Origin: a virus
Direction: 5' to 3' (one strand)
Virus record (IMG/VR): IMGVR_UViG_3300045988_096784
Length of the DNA stretch: 64,000 nt
The notes under the pieces are model-generated. The model did not search any database. It was not told the DNA's origin and saw only the letters and a program-made list of their open reading frames with translations. How positions within the stretch are numbered: the first letter of the stretch is position 1; every line of letters begins with the position of its first letter. Both the position numbers and the translations under genes were made by a program. Positions 1 to 9,215 of this stretch are shown here, piece by piece.

Positions 1-165
1 AAGAATGGAATAATCACAAATATAAACATTTGTGTTACCAACCTTGCGAAGCGGGTTTCCGCAATTAGAACACTTACGTTCCTTTTCCACATTCTGCGGA
101 ACCTTAATCCCGAGAGCCTTACCAAGCTCTGCGAAAGAGTTGAACTTCCCGTGAACATTCTTCAT
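1..165 (-). CDS. hypothetical protein, 5' part only (MKNVHGKFNSFAELGKALGIKVPQNVEKERKCSNCGNPL...), CxxC motif; runs off window start
   Basis: ATG at 165-163 (minus) preceded by AAGGAG 9 nt upstream; open frame to position 1. Confidence 0.5.
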   Translation of the reverse strand, partial: MKNVHGKFNSFAELGKALGIKVPQNVEKERKCSNCGNPLRKVGNTNVYICDYSIL

Positions 166-193
166 AATAGCAATCTCCTTTTCTATTGTTTAA

Positions 194-268
194 TGGTACT
201 CGGTACGGGAGTCGAACCCGTGTTTCTGGCGTGAAAGGCCAGCGTCTTTACCACTTGACTAACCGAGC
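194..268 (-). tRNA. tRNA-Glu (anticodon TTC)
   Basis: Hand-folded cloverleaf: 7-bp acceptor with one G-U, D arm with GG, anticodon loop CTTTCAC, T arm ACGGG-TTCGACT-CCCGT, CCA encoded. Confidence 0.75.
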
Positions 269-520
269 ATATCTGCACTTTTAATAATCTCTTTCTGTCT
301 TATTTAATAATAGCCATTGTTTATTATAAGCTATACTGTCATTACTATATATAAAGAGAATATTAACTTATCTTCTAGTTGGTGAACAGCGGCGTCACTG
401 AAAACCACCTATTTCTATTAAGGACGGAAATAGGAATGCCCTATTGTTCTTATGGCAATGAAATCAATAAAAACCTGTAATCATTAGACGGTATCATATA
501 TAATTATTAGTAGATACCTA

Positions 521-596
521 TGGTGGAACATACGAGGGTCGAACTCGTGACCTCCTGCTTGCAAGGCAGGCGCTCTCCCAACTGAGCTAATGCCCC
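521..596 (-). tRNA. tRNA-Ala (anticodon TGC)
   Basis: GGGGCATTAGCTCAGTTGGGAGAGC...CTTGCAA loop...GGTTCGA; classic tRNA-Ala features, CCA encoded. Confidence 0.85.
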
Positions 597-775
597 ATAT
601 TGTGATTAAGATGATTGGTCGTGTCAATCAAGGAGAACTACGCTCTAATTTATCGGCTACTACAGTCCAATGTGCCAGGCATCAACCTAAAAGGGACACC
701 GCATTGCTGATTCGCTTGCGCGCTATCGCTGCCTATATACGACTTGCGATACTTTGTTCTTTCTTAACCTTACAT

Positions 776-810
776 AAATATTATACAATATTTTTTATTG
801 TTTTTCAAAT
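776..810 (-). promoter_or_regulatory. class-A early promoter (minus orientation TTGAAAAA-N-TATAAT); one of about 14 copies
   Basis: Minus-strand reading TTGAAA-17 nt-TATAAT. Identical >35-bp copy at 1595-1630. Related copies at about 1851-1893, 2205-2250, 2452-2500, 6941-6985, 7895-7950, 8235-8285, 10421-10460, 13405-13450, 21330-21365. Each sits 30-60 nt upstream of a minus-strand start or tRNA. Confidence 0.6.
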
Positions 811-887
811 TGGCGATGACGACGGGGTTTGAACCCGTGACCTTCGGCGTGACAGGCCGACGTTCTAGCCTACTGAACTACGCCACC
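811..887 (-). tRNA. tRNA-Asp (anticodon GTC)
   Basis: Acceptor GGTGGCG/CGTCATC with two G-U pairs, anticodon loop CTGTCAC, T arm ACGGG-TTCAAAC-CCCGT, CCA encoded. Confidence 0.8.
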
Positions 888-991
888 GTATAAGGCGAGG
901 AAGGGTCGTACGCACCCCGTGTGCTTTGCGCCTCGTCGTTCACATATATCACACTTCTGACTTATTGGGCATGGGAAATCAGTAGAAACCA

Positions 992-1078
992 TGGTGCGCA
1001 TGATGGGACTTGAACCCATACGCTCTTACGAACACGAGCACCTCAAGCTCGCCTGTCTGCCGATTCCAGCACACGCGC
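992..1078 (-). tRNA. tRNA-Leu (anticodon GAG), long variable arm
   Basis: Acceptor GCGCGTG/CATGCGC, anticodon loop TTGAGGT, 16-nt variable arm, T arm TGGG-TTCAAGT-CCCA, CCA encoded. Confidence 0.8.
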
Positions 1079-1235
1079 ATATTTCTATGGTATTGATCGA
1101 GTTCCAAGGCTTCCTCTTTTAATACTGACTAGCCATCATAAATGCTTGGCCATTTACGACAAGAAATCCAGTCTTCAACTACGGGCCATAGCTCCGCCGG
1201 TTATATGGGTTTAAGACAATGTCACCGGAACCATC

Positions 1236-1312
1236 TGGTGTTCCCGGCGGGAGTCGAACCCGCAACATCATGGTTCTAAACCACGCGTGTCTGCCTATTG
1301 CACCACGAGAAC
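1236..1312 (-). tRNA. short-variable-arm tRNA with anticodon TAG (reads CUA); identity unclear
   Basis: Acceptor GTTCTCG/CGGGAAC, anticodon stem CGTGG/CCATG, loop TTTAGAA (U33 and A37 present), 5-nt variable region, T arm GCGGG-TTCGACT-CCCGC, CCA encoded. Plus strand cannot fold as a tRNA. Confidence 0.6.
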
Positions 1313-1438
1313 ATAAAAGAGCAACTATTTGTTTCAGAACTACCCGTCGCTCTATTGGGCCAGCCTATTATTTTAGTTCGCAGTGGACGAATTGAGAGTT
1401 TAGGGTTAAAGTCGCGGCACTACTCACAAACTCGACTT

Positions 1439-1515
1439 TGGCGGGAAGGGTGGGGCTCGAACCCACGACATCTTGCTTAACAGGCAAGCGCTCTACTCTT
1501 CTGAGCTACCGACCC
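1439..1515 (-). tRNA. tRNA-Asn (anticodon GTT), acceptor stem with two internal mismatches
   Basis: D arm GCTC-AGAAGAGTA-GAGC, anticodon loop CTGTTAA, T arm GTGGG-TTCGAGC-CCCAC, CCA encoded; acceptor GGGTCGG vs CCTTCCC mispairs at positions 4 and 5. Confidence 0.5.
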
Positions 1516-1594
1516 AAACTCAAGGCAGAATAAATAAACTTTCTTAAACCAAAAATAAGTGTTTTATTTAATAAAAGATTTGCTGTGTCTGCCT

Positions 1595-1630
1595 TATATA
1601 AATATTATACAATATTTTTTATTGTTTTTC
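1595..1630 (-). promoter_or_regulatory. class-A early promoter, exact duplicate of the 776-810 element
   Basis: ataaatattatacaatattttttattgtttttcaaa identical at both sites, flanking the tRNA cluster. Confidence 0.6.
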
Positions 1631-1835
1631 AAAAAAGATTCAGTTGTTTAGCTTCATCATAAGAAATACCAAAGGTATCCTTGAAAGTTGCGTTAAAGTT
1701 CTCCCACTGTTCCTCGGGGCCACCAACTCCACCATTCATAAGCCAAATAGCATCACAAATACTATCCTCATTTTTATAACAAGAAAGAGCCTCGGCCGCG
1801 AGTTGTGCAAGATATAACTTCTTATCCATATGCAA
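1629..1835 (-). CDS. hypothetical protein (68 aa)
   Basis: ORF with AAGGAAG ribosome-binding site and class-A promoter at 1851-1893. Confidence 0.55.
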   Translation of the reverse strand: MHMDKKLYLAQLAAEALSCYKNEDSICDAIWLMNGGVGGPEEQWENFNATFKDTFGISYDEAKQLNLF

Positions 1836-1914
1836 CTTCCTTTCTTACTTTCTATAAATATTATATCATATTTATAAAAATTTTTCAAATGTTTTCAAGA
1901 CGCTAGCTATTTAG

Positions 1915-1987
1915 CTCCGGAAATCGGATTCGAACCGATAATTTTTCACTTTGAGTTGAAATGTCTTAACCATTTGACTATTCTGGA
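1915..1987 (-). tRNA. atypical tRNA-like gene with 8-nt anticodon loop (ACUCAAAG); anticodon ambiguous (CAA or UCA depending on register)
   Basis: Perfect T arm ATCGG-TTCGAAT-CCGAT, acceptor with one A-C mismatch, perfect 5-bp anticodon stem TTTCA/TGAAA enclosing 8 nt, CCA not encoded. Confidence 0.4.
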
Positions 1988-2049
1988 AATAGATTTGCTG
2001 TATGCGTCTTATAGCAAGAGGGCCCTCCTATTGGGTCTGTCCTCTTAAA

Positions 2050-2125
2050 TGGTACTCCGAGCTGGACTCGAACCAAGCATCAAGCGATTATAAGTCGCCC
2101 GTTCTAACCTTTGAACTACCGGAGT
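2050..2125 (-). tRNA. tRNA-Ile (anticodon TAT)
   Basis: Acceptor ACTCCGG/TCGGAGT, anticodon stem GGCGA/TCGCT, loop CTTATAA, T loop TTCGAGT, CCA encoded; T stem slightly imperfect. Confidence 0.6.
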
Positions 2126-2253
2126 ATAGATAAAGTGAGTATTTTATTTAACGCATATCAGCCCCACTCACGCCTTACCTGTGCAATTATTTATAGTTAC
2201 TGTCGATAACTTATATAAATATTATATAATATTTATTTTTATTTTTCAAATAA

Positions 2254-2427
2254 TCAATAAGGAGTAGGTGTTCCATAAAGACCAGTAATATCAATATCAT
2301 TACATAGATCTCTAGTCACACAAGTTTCAAGTTCTGCCTGAGAAATAATCTCTTCCTCCGCTAGAGGTTCATCACTCTCAATAGTAGCAAGGATAGTGAA
2401 AGAAACTGCATAAGTATATTTACTCAT
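2254..2427 (-). CDS. hypothetical acidic protein (57 aa, MSKYTYAVSFTILATIESDEP...)
   Basis: ATG at 2427 preceded by AAGGAAAGGAAG and class-A promoter 2452-2500; below ORF-track size cutoff. Confidence 0.45.
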   Translation of the reverse strand: MSKYTYAVSFTILATIESDEPLAEEEIISQAELETCVTRDLCNDIDITGLYGTPTPY

Positions 2428-2602
2428 AAACTCAAAACTTCCTTTCCTTAACTTTCTATATATATTATATAATAATTTTTTTTATTTTTCAAGGAAGCGT
2501 AAGTTCTAGAAAATATTTCTCTTACGCTTCTCTTTTAGTAAGGAAGTTTGTACTATTATTAAACTTTATATTAAATATCTTAATTACCCATACCCAAAAT
2601 TT

Positions 2603-2911
2603 TTAATCAGTAATTCCCAACTTGGCTTTAAGTTCCTCAATCTTAGCTTTATCCTCTGGAGCCAACTCAGTTGGAGTAAAACTATTTGCGGATGGAGTAT
2701 CAGAACTTGATGTAGAGAGCGTACTATCTCCTCCGCCCGCAATCGGTGTCTTAGGCATTGTAAGTGATACAGCAATCTGAACAACTTCTCCACTCGCTCC
2801 ATCTTTTACTGAAATGTAAATCTTTTTATCCGAAACAAAAGAGCCTTCAAATGTTGAAAGAATTGTCTTTGTAATTAGGTCTTTCGCGGCATCTCCTCGT
2901 CTAACTGCCAT
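2603..2911 (-). CDS. hypothetical protein (102 aa)
   Basis: ORF abutting the next gene; S/T-rich central region. Confidence 0.5.
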   Translation of the reverse strand: MAVRRGDAAKDLITKTILSTFEGSFVSDKKIYISVKDGASGEVVQIAVSLTMPKTPIAGGGDSTLSTSSSDTPSANSFTPTELAPEDKAKIEELKAKLGITD

Positions 2912-4215
2912 TATTCATCGTCCTCCTCGATTAATCTATCCTCTTGTTTCATTAGATTATGGCAAGTCTTACAATACGGCCTACCATCCATCCAATAAAT
3001 TTTATCTTCATCATATATTCTACGATAACAACTATTACAAGTCAAGAAGAAATCTTCATCTGCCTCTTTCTCTGATATGCAGAAATTACATAAAAATGAA
3101 TCTTCTCTATTTATATGTTCTGTTCCACAACAGGGGCAAATTGGTCTTTCACCAATTTTGATTTGAAAAACATCATTAAAATATAGTTCTTCCACATATT
3201 TATTTTGATCTAAATGCTTTGTATAATCCTCATACTTTCCATTATTTACTGATATAATCGGTGCGTACGTACTAGAAATAACTAAATCGGAATATCCTAA
3301 ATAATCACTCATATCAATTACATCTCTCGTATCATGAATACGTCCACCTGCATTTATTTGATTATATATAAGTTGCTCACTACCCCATTGAGTTTGGATT
3401 ACTTTAAATCCATAATCAAGAGGAAGAGACATATCAAATTTAATCAATTTAAGTAACATATTATGTACACAAGCGAGTAAATCTCTTGATTCATATGGAT
3501 ATTGTCTATTATAATAAATATTTCTGATACCATCTGTATGGACTAACATTCTCCATTTTTTGCTATTCCATTTCATTCCTAATGGAAGACATTTTAGATG
3601 CTCTTGTTTACCATTAGATAAATAAGCAACAATAGTTGTTTTATCTACTAAATAACTAAGATTTCCACTTCTATAATCTCCATCAAGAGACTGACATGAC
3701 CACCAATTTTCATTGTTTTCTGAAATAGTTAAGAAATCAAGAGGATGAATAGAAAGATATAAATATCCTTCTATTTTATTTTCTTGCATATATCTTGAAG
3801 CAGTATCTTGTGCCCATCTAACAATCTCTTGACTGTTAATAAATCGCTTAAAAGATTTGGATAATTTAGAGCCTAGTGGAATATTAAAAGAAGGATATGG
3901 TAATAAAACCCTGTTATCAAAAAATCCTCCTTTATTATCTCTCAAAAATAATTCGAGATCAGTGGTTAAGATTCCGTTTTCATCAAGAGCTTGAATAAAC
4001 TCTTCAAATCTTTTATTCTTCTGCTCTTCTGTCAAAAGAATTTTAATTGGTTCCTTGCTTCTTAATATCAATTCTCCGCCAAAAAGATTTATTATATCTT
4101 TTTTCGCTTCTGCCCATTGTTCGATTAAATTTTTTGAATCGAGATAAAATGGATAATCTTGAGAATGAACAAGTACAGATTCAAAATCATTTTGTAACTT
4201 CTGTAATTCTATCAT
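2911..4215 (-). CDS. hypothetical protein (434 aa) with C-terminal multi-Cys zinc-ribbon-like region
   Basis: Long ORF without TAG; C terminus CPCCG...CNFC...CNSC...CKTC. Confidence 0.6.
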   Translation of the reverse strand: MIELQKLQNDFESVLVHSQDYPFYLDSKNLIEQWAEAKKDIINLFGGELILRSKEPIKILLTEEQKNKRFEEFIQALDENGILTTDLELFLRDNKGGFFDNRVLLPYPSFNIPLGSKLSKSFKRFINSQEIVRWAQDTASRYMQENKIEGYLYLSIHPLDFLTISENNENWWSCQSLDGDYRSGNLSYLVDKTTIVAYLSNGKQEHLKCLPLGMKWNSKKWRMLVHTDGIRNIYYNRQYPYESRDLLACVHNMLLKLIKFDMSLPLDYGFKVIQTQWGSEQLIYNQINAGGRIHDTRDVIDMSDYLGYSDLVISSTYAPIISVNNGKYEDYTKHLDQNKYVEELYFNDVFQIKIGERPICPCCGTEHINREDSFLCNFCISEKEADEDFFLTCNSCYRRIYDEDKIYWMDGRPYCKTCHNLMKQEDRLIEEDDE

Positions 4216-4236
4216 CTATATATTATATCTCCCATC

Positions 4237-4950
4237 TTATAAACTCCAATCAATCGGTTCTCCACCCATAGAAAGCAGTAAATTATTTGCTGTTGAAAAC
4301 GGTTTACTACCTTTAAACGCAGGAGTTCCTTTACATGGTTTACTTACACTAAAAGGACTTGGATGGGAAGATAAAATATAAGCCTTCTTAATCAAATTCT
4401 CTCTGGCAACTCCAGGTCCATCCCATACCATAGGACTAGAATTTAAATCTTTTAATAAATTCTGAGCATTAGCTCCCCATAACATAAAAACAATAGGTTG
4501 TGGCAAATGAGTTGCAGCTTTCAACACCGCTGTCGTAAACCTGTTCCATCCCCAATTAACACAGCTATTGGCTTGATGTTCATAGACAGTTAAACTTGCA
4601 TTAAGAAGCAATACTCCTCTTTCTGCCCAAGATGTTAAATCTCCAGACTGCGGAATTGGAATCCCTAAATCGCTATTAAGCTCGCTAAAAATATTTCTTA
4701 AAGATGGTTGAATGGGGCTCCCATCAGAAATAGAAAATGCTAACCCGTTTGCTGCGCCTGGGGTATGATACTGGTCTTGTCCTACAATACAAACTTTTAC
4801 ATCTTCTGGATGCGTAAGATTAAGCGCTCTAAAGATTTTATCCTATTCTGGAAATAAAATCTTTCCTTTAGAGCGCTCTTCTAAAGCATGATTTTCAAGT
4901 TGAACACTTAAATCCAGTGCCTCTTGAGGAAGAATTTCCGACCATTTCAC
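4237..4950 (-). CDS. ung: uracil-DNA glycosylase (family 1), reads through one in-frame TAG
   Basis: Motifs GQDQYH (GQDPYH), GVLLLN and HPSPFS match the UDG fold along the whole length. N-terminal two thirds only contiguous if TAG at 4843-4845 is translated. GTG start with AAGGAG. Confidence 0.8.
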
Positions 4951-5015
4951 TTTAGAAACACTCCTTTTATTATCTTTATAATAATATTATAATATATAAA
5001 AATAATAAAATCTAA

Positions 5016-5792
5016 TTATTTCTTTTTGCTAAGTCTAGCAAGTTCATGGAAATGCGAGATTACTGAAAAATAAGTATCACAATAATGACAAGAATGACCG
5101 GGTATATTACATTTTTGCCCACAGTTTAAACGAGTTTTTGCAAATGTTTCTTTAAATGTTAGATTATTTCTTGCCGGTAAGCCATCAATAAGAAGATTTA
5201 TGTCATAATTAAATGAACCTCTATTATAGATATTAAACAGAGTATCTTCTTTTTCTAAATTAGGTTGCTTAAAATCTATTACATCAATAGCAGAATATAA
5301 ATGGAGATCCTCTGGACGAATAAAAAAACTTGAAGGTTTTCTTTCTGCGGATAGGGAGACATTAGGGGAAATGGTGGGTGATACTCTTATCTTAATATCT
5401 CCTTTAACCTTTTCTAATAACTCCATTTGAAATCCTAGTGGTCCATCTATATAGATGTCACTAACCTTGGCCTCCCGCAATTCTTGAAAAGTTTCCCAAT
5501 CAGTAACCGGGAACCGCAAATATCTATTATATCCCATATCTTTTAAATCATTTAATTGATATATGTTTCCGCATTGAATAGTGTAATCATTTGCTATTGT
5601 TTTAATTATCTCAACCTGCTCAGCCAATCTTGTTAATTGCACCTGAGTTAATTCATCTGGAATAATTATATTACACCTTTTATTTGGATTTTCTTTAAGA
5701 AATTTAATGATTGTTCCTAATTGATTGTAGGGGCAACGTATCTCTCCAGCTATTTTTATATTGCCGGAATGATAATTTACACTAAATATCAT
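5016..5792 (-). CDS. hypothetical protein (258 aa), Cys/His-rich C terminus
   Basis: ORF, no TAG. Confidence 0.55.
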   Translation of the reverse strand: MIFSVNYHSGNIKIAGEIRCPYNQLGTIIKFLKENPNKRCNIIIPDELTQVQLTRLAEQVEIIKTIANDYTIQCGNIYQLNDLKDMGYNRYLRFPVTDWETFQELREAKVSDIYIDGPLGFQMELLEKVKGDIKIRVSPTISPNVSLSAERKPSSFFIRPEDLHLYSAIDVIDFKQPNLEKEDTLFNIYNRGSFNYDINLLIDGLPARNNLTFKETFAKTRLNCGQKCNIPGHSCHYCDTYFSVISHFHELARLSKKK

Positions 5793-5865
5793 TAAATAAG
5801 CCCTCCTTTATTTATATATTTATTATAGCATATAATAAAAAATCCGTCAATCTTGAGATGAAAAT

Positions 5866-5894
5866 GCCAAATTGACACATCCTTTTGCTTTTGT
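5866..5894 (+). promoter_or_regulatory. plus-strand sigma70 consensus promoter (TTGACA-17-TATAAT)
   Basis: TTGACAcatccttttgcttttgtTATAAT, followed by AAAAAGGAG and a GTG-initiated small ORF. Confidence 0.5.
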
Positions 5895-5941
5895 TATAAT
5901 AAATATATAAATAAAAAAGGAGTTTTAACTGTGGTTTTTAT

Positions 5942-6088
5942 TATTATCGCTATTTGCGTAATATTATTCGCGGCATTTCATATTATGAATTTTCCAGGTG
6001 GCCCTTCTGGATTTGCAATTTGTACTAAAGTATGGCTAAAAAGAAAGGTATCTACTTTTCGTAGATACCTTTCTAAAGGTTTTAATTA
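5942..6088 (+). CDS. possible small membrane protein (MVFIIIAICVILFAAFHIM...), lone plus-strand ORF in the early block
   Basis: GTG 8 nt after AAAAAGGAG; hydrophobic N terminus; first TAG at 6086-6088. If TAG is sense it would extend to TAA near 6105. Confidence 0.3.
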
Positions 6089-6526
6089 GCCAATTCTGCG
6101 GTAAGCAGAGAGCTTCTTAGACTTTCCACCCTCAGTGGAAGCAGGAACACTTACGGTCTCCTTAGCAACACGATTGACCTCAGGAGAAGCAAGCTGGGTT
6201 AGACGAGCAGTAACCATCTGAGCAGAAATGTCCTCGTCGTTCAAAACCTTTACAATATCATTGATAGTCATAGGCTCATCACCAAGGACTTCATAAATCT
6301 TCTCGCGAAGAGCATCTCCCTCGACCTTCTTAGCAGCAGCTCTCTTAGCGGCAGCAGCAGCCTTATTGTCAAGCAACTCTACCTCGTGCTCGACGAACTC
6401 GCGCAGGCTGTCATAAGTAATTTCACTGGACTCGAGGACAAGACCCTCGTTCTCAGCGACAGACAAAATGCTCAAAATAGCATTATAATTGGCTTTCTTT
6501 GTGGGCTTCTTTACAGTGTTAGACAT
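6086..6526 (-). CDS. hypothetical protein (146 aa), Ala/Lys-rich central segment
   Basis: ORF. Confidence 0.5.
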   Translation of the reverse strand: MSNTVKKPTKKANYNAILSILSVAENEGLVLESSEITYDSLREFVEHEVELLDNKAAAAAKRAAAKKVEGDALREKIYEVLGDEPMTINDIVKVLNDEDISAQMVTARLTQLASPEVNRVAKETVSVPASTEGGKSKKLSAYRRIG

Positions 6527-6608
6527 AATTTAATCAATTCCTCTCTTGTTTTATTGTATTTATATTATATGATATTTTTTGAGTAAAGTCAAGAAAATTT
6601 CTTGTAAT

Positions 6609-6917
6609 TTACAAAACACAATGGACTACATACCATTTAGGTTCTCGCATAATGTTTAACGCGCCCAAAATGTTTTTAAGTTCACTGGTTTCAAGATTGT
6701 TATTAGAGAAAGTGATTTCTCTAATTGTCCCTTCTTCAACGTCATCGCCTACTTGAATACCAATTACAATATCTTCATCATTATCATAGTAGTTAGCTCT
6801 GTGAATAAAATCGCAATTTTTATCACAAAATTCATCATCCTTCTGATTTAAGACATTGATTTCGTCATTTTCAAGACGAACTCCATAGACGATTTTAGTA
6901 AAATAGCTAACGCTCAT
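6609..6917 (-). CDS. hypothetical protein (102 aa)
   Basis: ORF with class-A promoter 6941-6985. Confidence 0.5.
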   Translation of the reverse strand: MSVSYFTKIVYGVRLENDEINVLNQKDDEFCDKNCDFIHRANYYDNDEDIVIGIQVGDDVEEGTIREITFSNNNLETSELKNILGALNIMREPKWYVVHCVL

Positions 6918-7164
6918 TACAAGAAATCTCCTTTCCTACTTTCTATATTTATTATAACTTATTTTTTTGTTTTTTGCAAACCGATTCCTTGACTAAAGTG
7001 GTAATTTTTATGTCAAATATCTCTAATGAAAAGGATTAGATTTGTAATCCAACAAGTTGCGGAGATGCTATATAAGACTGCGTGAAGCATTGTTGGTGAA
7101 GAATACAGAAGTATTAGAGACGAAAAGACAAGGAACATATATAGTATTAGCAGCAGAGTAGTTT

Positions 7165-7647
7165 TCATTTCATTTTAACCCATTCCTTATTTCTAGCTTT
7201 TTTATCGAGTAAGGTAGACAAATCCGCAGGTTTCTTCATATGACGGTCATCTCCATCGCGGAATTCATCCCAACCGAGCAGGAGATACTTTAGATGTTCA
7301 GGAGCATCATCAGGGAAAATATCGGTAGAAGCGATATACCAACCAATCCCTACGGCATATCTAGCTACGGACTCCCGCAGCCAATCTTCATCAGCAGCCT
7401 TATTCCCACGAATTACAAGAATAGGCCCATTGTCAAAGCCGCGAGCATGCTTTAGACCATCATAGCCTTTATCGATATCAACAATCTTCTTACCATAGGC
7501 TTTTGCATATTCTGCATCGCTGTAGTAGCGAACATCTCGATGATTCTTAGTATTTGGATGCTCTACAGTAACATAATATTTACCATTTTTAATAAAAGGC
7601 TCTTCAGTAATGCGCTTATAGGACTGAAAACTAGGTGCAACAGGCAT
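7165..7647 (-). CDS. hypothetical protein (160 aa)
   Basis: ORF. Confidence 0.5.
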   Translation of the reverse strand: MPVAPSFQSYKRITEEPFIKNGKYYVTVEHPNTKNHRDVRYYSDAEYAKAYGKKIVDIDKGYDGLKHARGFDNGPILVIRGNKAADEDWLRESVARYAVGIGWYIASTDIFPDDAPEHLKYLLLGWDEFRDGDDRHMKKPADLSTLLDKKARNKEWVKMK

Positions 7648-7660
7648 AATTTAAACCTCC

Positions 7661-7882
7661 TTAATGATTTTCACGAAGTTCATCAAGAGCGTTCTTGCTC
7701 AAAGCAATACAGCCTTCGCAATCCCAGGGGATAATTTTTACAGAATTTAAATCTTCCTCGCCGTAGTAATCAGTTACATTTCTGAGGGCTTCAGCGAAGT
7801 TGTTACCATAGGTAATGCCCTGATAAGTCTTTACCTGAAACTCTTCAAACATTTCTACCTCGTATTCGTAGTAATTCTTCAT
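7661..7882 (-). CDS. hypothetical protein (73 aa)
   Basis: ORF with class-A promoter 7895-7950 (TTGCAA-17-TATAAT). Confidence 0.5.
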   Translation of the reverse strand: MKNYYEYEVEMFEEFQVKTYQGITYGNNFAEALRNVTDYYGEEDLNSVKIIPWDCEGCIALSKNALDELRENH

Positions 7883-7992
7883 CTTTTGATACTCCTTTCC
7901 TCATCTTCTATAATTATTATATCATTATTTTTTAATTTTTGCAAAAGAAAAAGAGCTTCCTTTAAGGAAGCTCTTTGCTAGTTAATAAAGTT

Positions 7993-8223
7993 TTAAGATG
8001 CCTCTTCTTTGATTTTATAATCATAATCAAGGTTTTTGAGAAATTCGCCAAAATCATATCCAGAAATAATTCTACCGAATTTTGCGATGAACTGAGTCTG
8101 CGCGAAAAGAATAGCAAGTCTATATGCCTCGTCCGCAATCATATACTCAGGAGTTTCTCTATCAATAGGGAAATGGCTCTCGAAAGTTTTATTTTCGATA
8201 GAACAAGTAATAATAGCAGTCAT
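7993..8223 (-). CDS. hypothetical protein (76 aa)
   Basis: ORF with class-A promoter 8235-8285. Confidence 0.5.
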   Translation of the reverse strand: MTAIITCSIENKTFESHFPIDRETPEYMIADEAYRLAILFAQTQFIAKFGRIISGYDFGEFLKNLDYDYKIKEEAS

Positions 8224-8349
8224 GGCATTTACTTCCTTTCTTATTTTATATATTTATTATATATTATAATAAATATAATTGCAACAAGAGAAAAATAGAA
8301 GATGCGTGTGTAGGCGAGATTGGAAATTCTCCAATCTCGCCTATTAGGA

Positions 8350-9213
8350 TTACTTAGATGTGTCTCCAGTGAGGAAGCTAAAAGGATTAGAGTTGCCCAT
8401 CATAGCAGAAAGCATAAACATTTTACCCATATCGTTTCCATTATTGCCATCATTATCGCCAAACACCATGCTTGCCATCATCATAGGCATGAGATTGCCA
8501 AAAGGCTGGTCAGGAGAAGGTGCAGTATTACCAAAGTTTACGATAGGCATAATCTTGGTAATAAAGTTAAAGCCAAAGGGATTAGAGGTGGGAATTACAG
8601 TTTTAACCTCAGACTCAAGGATATCAATGACTTCAATGTTACCTTCAGAAATTGACGAAACGAACATGGGGTGATGCTTATGGATAATCATGTCGCCTTC
8701 CTTTACAGCAGAAGCCGCGACAGGCATACGATATACCATATTCTGGAAGGTGAAAGTAAAACCAGTCACATCAATGGTCTGCTTAGAGGTAGGATTATAG
8801 GTAAAATATTCACCCTTAGAATTACGAATAGCCAAGCCATAAGGAGAAAAAGCTACCTCGTCCCCGCAAGGGCCGAAATCAATATTCATATTAAAAGAGG
8901 ACTTATTGGGCTTAGGATTAGTAGTAGCAGAATTAGAGTCAGTATACATTGCCTTTGTCAACCTTTCTTTCATAATACTTACAAAACCGTAAGTGACGGG
9001 AATGTCATAGTGAAAAGAGCCACTATTTAAGAGTAGAAAAATTTCTCCACAGCGAATTTTAGTTTCAACTTCAAAAGTTAATTCTGAGGAAGCTAATTTC
9101 TTTAATAGTCTCCACGAATCATACGGAATTTTATAATATCCTGTTTTGGAATTAACTTTTTCTGTATATTTGTCAAGAATTGGGTCAATATCTTTAGAGC
9201 TAAGGCGATACAT
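8350..9213 (-). CDS. hypothetical protein (287 aa), Met/Gly/Asn-rich C-terminal tail
   Basis: ORF. Confidence 0.55.
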   Translation of the reverse strand: MYRLSSKDIDPILDKYTEKVNSKTGYYKIPYDSWRLLKKLASSELTFEVETKIRCGEIFLLLNSGSFHYDIPVTYGFVSIMKERLTKAMYTDSNSATTNPKPNKSSFNMNIDFGPCGDEVAFSPYGLAIRNSKGEYFTYNPTSKQTIDVTGFTFTFQNMVYRMPVAASAVKEGDMIIHKHHPMFVSSISEGNIEVIDILESEVKTVIPTSNPFGFNFITKIMPIVNFGNTAPSPDQPFGNLMPMMMASMVFGDNDGNNGNDMGKMFMLSAMMGNSNPFSFLTGDTSK

Positions 9214-9215
9214 AA

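Noticed and set aside
590-832. 80-aa plus-strand ORF between tRNA-Ala and tRNA-Asp
   Set aside because: Lies in the leader of a leftward tRNA transcript, overlaps the class-A promoter, no ribosome-binding site
1236-1312. Possibility that this tRNA is the amber suppressor
   Set aside because: Anticodon on the only foldable (minus) strand is UAG, which pairs with CUA not UAG. The plus strand would give CUA but lacks D and T arms
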